IMG/VR virus record: IMGVR_UViG_3300032167_000030
Source: an uncultured virus (IMG/VR IMGVR_UViG_3300032167_000030)
Taxonomy: Duplodnaviria > Heunggongvirae > Uroviricota > Caudoviricetes
DNA length: 64,000 bases
Reading direction: 5' to 3' (one strand)
The notes under the pieces are model-generated. The model saw only the letters and a list, made by a program, of their open reading frames with translations. It ran no database searches and was not told the DNA's origin. The position numbers were made by a program, and so were the translations under genes. Of the stretch, positions 62,429-64,000 are shown piece after piece (position 1 is the stretch's first letter; the number at the start of each line of letters is the position of its first letter).

Positions 62429-63160
62429 TTATTGATCAATTAAGGTATCAACTATGAAAGATTCTTCTTCACAGCTTATTATAGGTTTGCAATGATGGTG
62501 ATGATCCATAGGAGGTGCCATTTCAGGTCTCATATGATGATGAGGAGGAGGACCTAAAGGAGCGGGAGGATGATACATTTCATGCATTTTACGATTAGTA
62601 TGGTGACATTTATGGTTATTATTGTTGCCAATTAAACCACCATTAACGCCACTATTACTACCGTTATTCCCATTATTCTCACCAATTATACCACCGTCAA
62701 CATAATCATCGTCAATTGAACCATTGTTACCACCAATTGAACCACCGTCAACAATTATACCGTCACCAGTTGAATATTCATCGGCACTTAAGATACGAAT
62801 ATTGTCATCATTAAATCCACATAAAATTAAGATAAGTTTTACATCAGACTGATAAAGATGACCTTTAATTATTACAGAATAGAAAGGAACTCTCTTATTA
62901 CCTTTGGTTTCATATTTCTTTAAGAACTCAAAAGCATCTATAGTTAAAGTAGTAGGAATAGAAACAATGTACTTTTTCTTATTGAGATCTTTCTTAAACT
63001 TTTTATTATTTCTTAAGATAACAGTAATACCTTCAACATCAGCTTCAGACTGTACTGCAACATCAAAATATTTTAAAAATACTTCATTTTCATCAAATTC
63101 AAATAACGCAGCTTCTATTGCACTGAAGTCTTCTGAACTACTAGCAGTAATGTTTAACAT
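62429..63160 (-). CDS. Hypothetical protein with Gly/Asn and His/Pro-rich tail
   Basis: RBS AAAGGAG; low-complexity C-terminus. Confidence 0.55.
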   Translation of the reverse strand: MLNITASSSEDFSAIEAALFEFDENEVFLKYFDVAVQSEADVEGITVILRNNKKFKKDLNKKKYIVSIPTTLTIDAFEFLKKYETKGNKRVPFYSVIIKGHLYQSDVKLILILCGFNDDNIRILSADEYSTGDGIIVDGGSIGGNNGSIDDDYVDGGIIGENNGNNGSNSGVNGGLIGNNNNHKCHHTNRKMHEMYHPPAPLGPPPHHHMRPEMAPPMDHHHHCKPIISCEEESFIVDTLIDQ

Positions 63161-63207
63161 AAATTAAAAATCTCCTTTCTTTATTTTTGATTAAAGAATC
63201 CTATAAT

Positions 63208-64000
63208 TCATTGTTCTAGAATACAGGATTCATTTAACATTTCCATCACAGGAGATTCAAAATAGTCATCTATAGCTTTTTGATAGTCTTCTGTCATATA
63301 AGAAAGTATACCTAAATCTTCTTTATTGATAGTTGTAACTTTATCCTTTAGTATAGTCTTATCGAAATCATAGATTTCTTCATCAGTCATACCTAAAGAA
63401 CCAGCTTTATCTCTCCTATCATCAATACCAGCAAATAGCTTATCTATAGCTTTCTTGAAATAAGGAGTTTTCTTTAATAGCTTTTCGATATCATTGATAT
63501 CATTCTGGATTTCTTCTATCTGTTTAGGAGACATGTTCTTTTTGTTAGTTTCTAACTCATACTTTAATTTCTCTAAAGCAAATGTTACACGTTTCTGATG
63601 AGTAGGATGTTCGTCACTCATATAAGCAACGAAATAGAATAAGACATCAGAATAGTAATCTAAGACTCTAACAATAGGAATCTTACTAGCAATTTTTTTA
63701 GAATAAGTAAAGTTAGAGGAAGAGTTGAAAGTATCAACTACACCTAATGCATAACCATAAGAAGCTGCGAAGTTATCACAGAACTTTTCAGCATTATAGT
63801 TCTGAGTTTTCTTAGCTGAATTCTCTAGATTCTTATAAGCCGCAGAATTGACTAATAGAGGGAACATTAGTGTATATATTGCAGTATTTACTAAAGAAAA
63901 AGCAGTAGTTATAACCTTACCTACAACAGTAGCTAAAGTATAGAAAGCTTTACCAATTCCAGTATGGGTAGACTTGTATCTACCATTAATGATGTCAAAA
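63208..64000 (-). CDS. Partial protein with M48/zincin-like C-terminal motifs; 5' end outside window
   Basis: Frame open to the window end; E..CD.FA..YGY and HP....R motifs. Confidence 0.5.
   Translation of the reverse strand, partial: FDIINGRYKSTHTGIGKAFYTLATVVGKVITTAFSLVNTAIYTLMFPLLVNSAAYKNLENSAKKTQNYNAEKFCDNFAASYGYALGVVDTFNSSSNFTYSKKIASKIPIVRVLDYYSDVLFYFVAYMSDEHPTHQKRVTFALEKLKYELETNKKNMSPKQIEEIQNDINDIEKLLKKTPYFKKAIDKLFAGIDDRRDKAGSLGMTDEEIYDFDKTILKDKVTTINKEDLGILSYMTEDYQKAIDDYFESPVMEMLNESCILEQ

Noticed and set aside
1..64000. Alternative genetic code (stop-codon reassignment)
   Set aside because: Long conserved genes translate intact in the standard code; the breaks are explained by introns or single-base shifts

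Overview
AT-rich segment of a jumbo bacteriophage related to the phiKZ/AR9 group, probably infecting a Firmicute (strong AAGGAG RBSs, XkdX, CHAP-SH3b endolysin). It encodes its own split multisubunit RNA polymerase subunits: two putative non-virion beta halves and one intron-split putative virion beta C-terminal subunit. It also carries two tail-fibre/receptor-binding clusters (1-17.3 kb, 50.9-60.5 kb), HU, dCMP deaminase, an NAD-dependent ligase, a lysis pair, and a recA/uvsX gene split by three group I introns whose splice sites can be read from the sequence. The main finding is an RNA-guided, TIGR-Tas-like system. A Nop/IS110-C-terminal-domain protein with no recognisable nuclease domain (26476-27747, minus) is followed by a ~36-nt-period dual-repeat array of 12 units with two ~9-nt variable segments each. 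A second orphan array of ~19 units with the same repeats lies ~5.6 kb away (19606-20310). Also notable are an AR9-type late promoter motif (AACA-N6-TA) across the window, a candidate C-rich sRNA nested in a group I intron, and a ~400-nt structured ncRNA candidate. All calls are from manual reading; no database searches were run.
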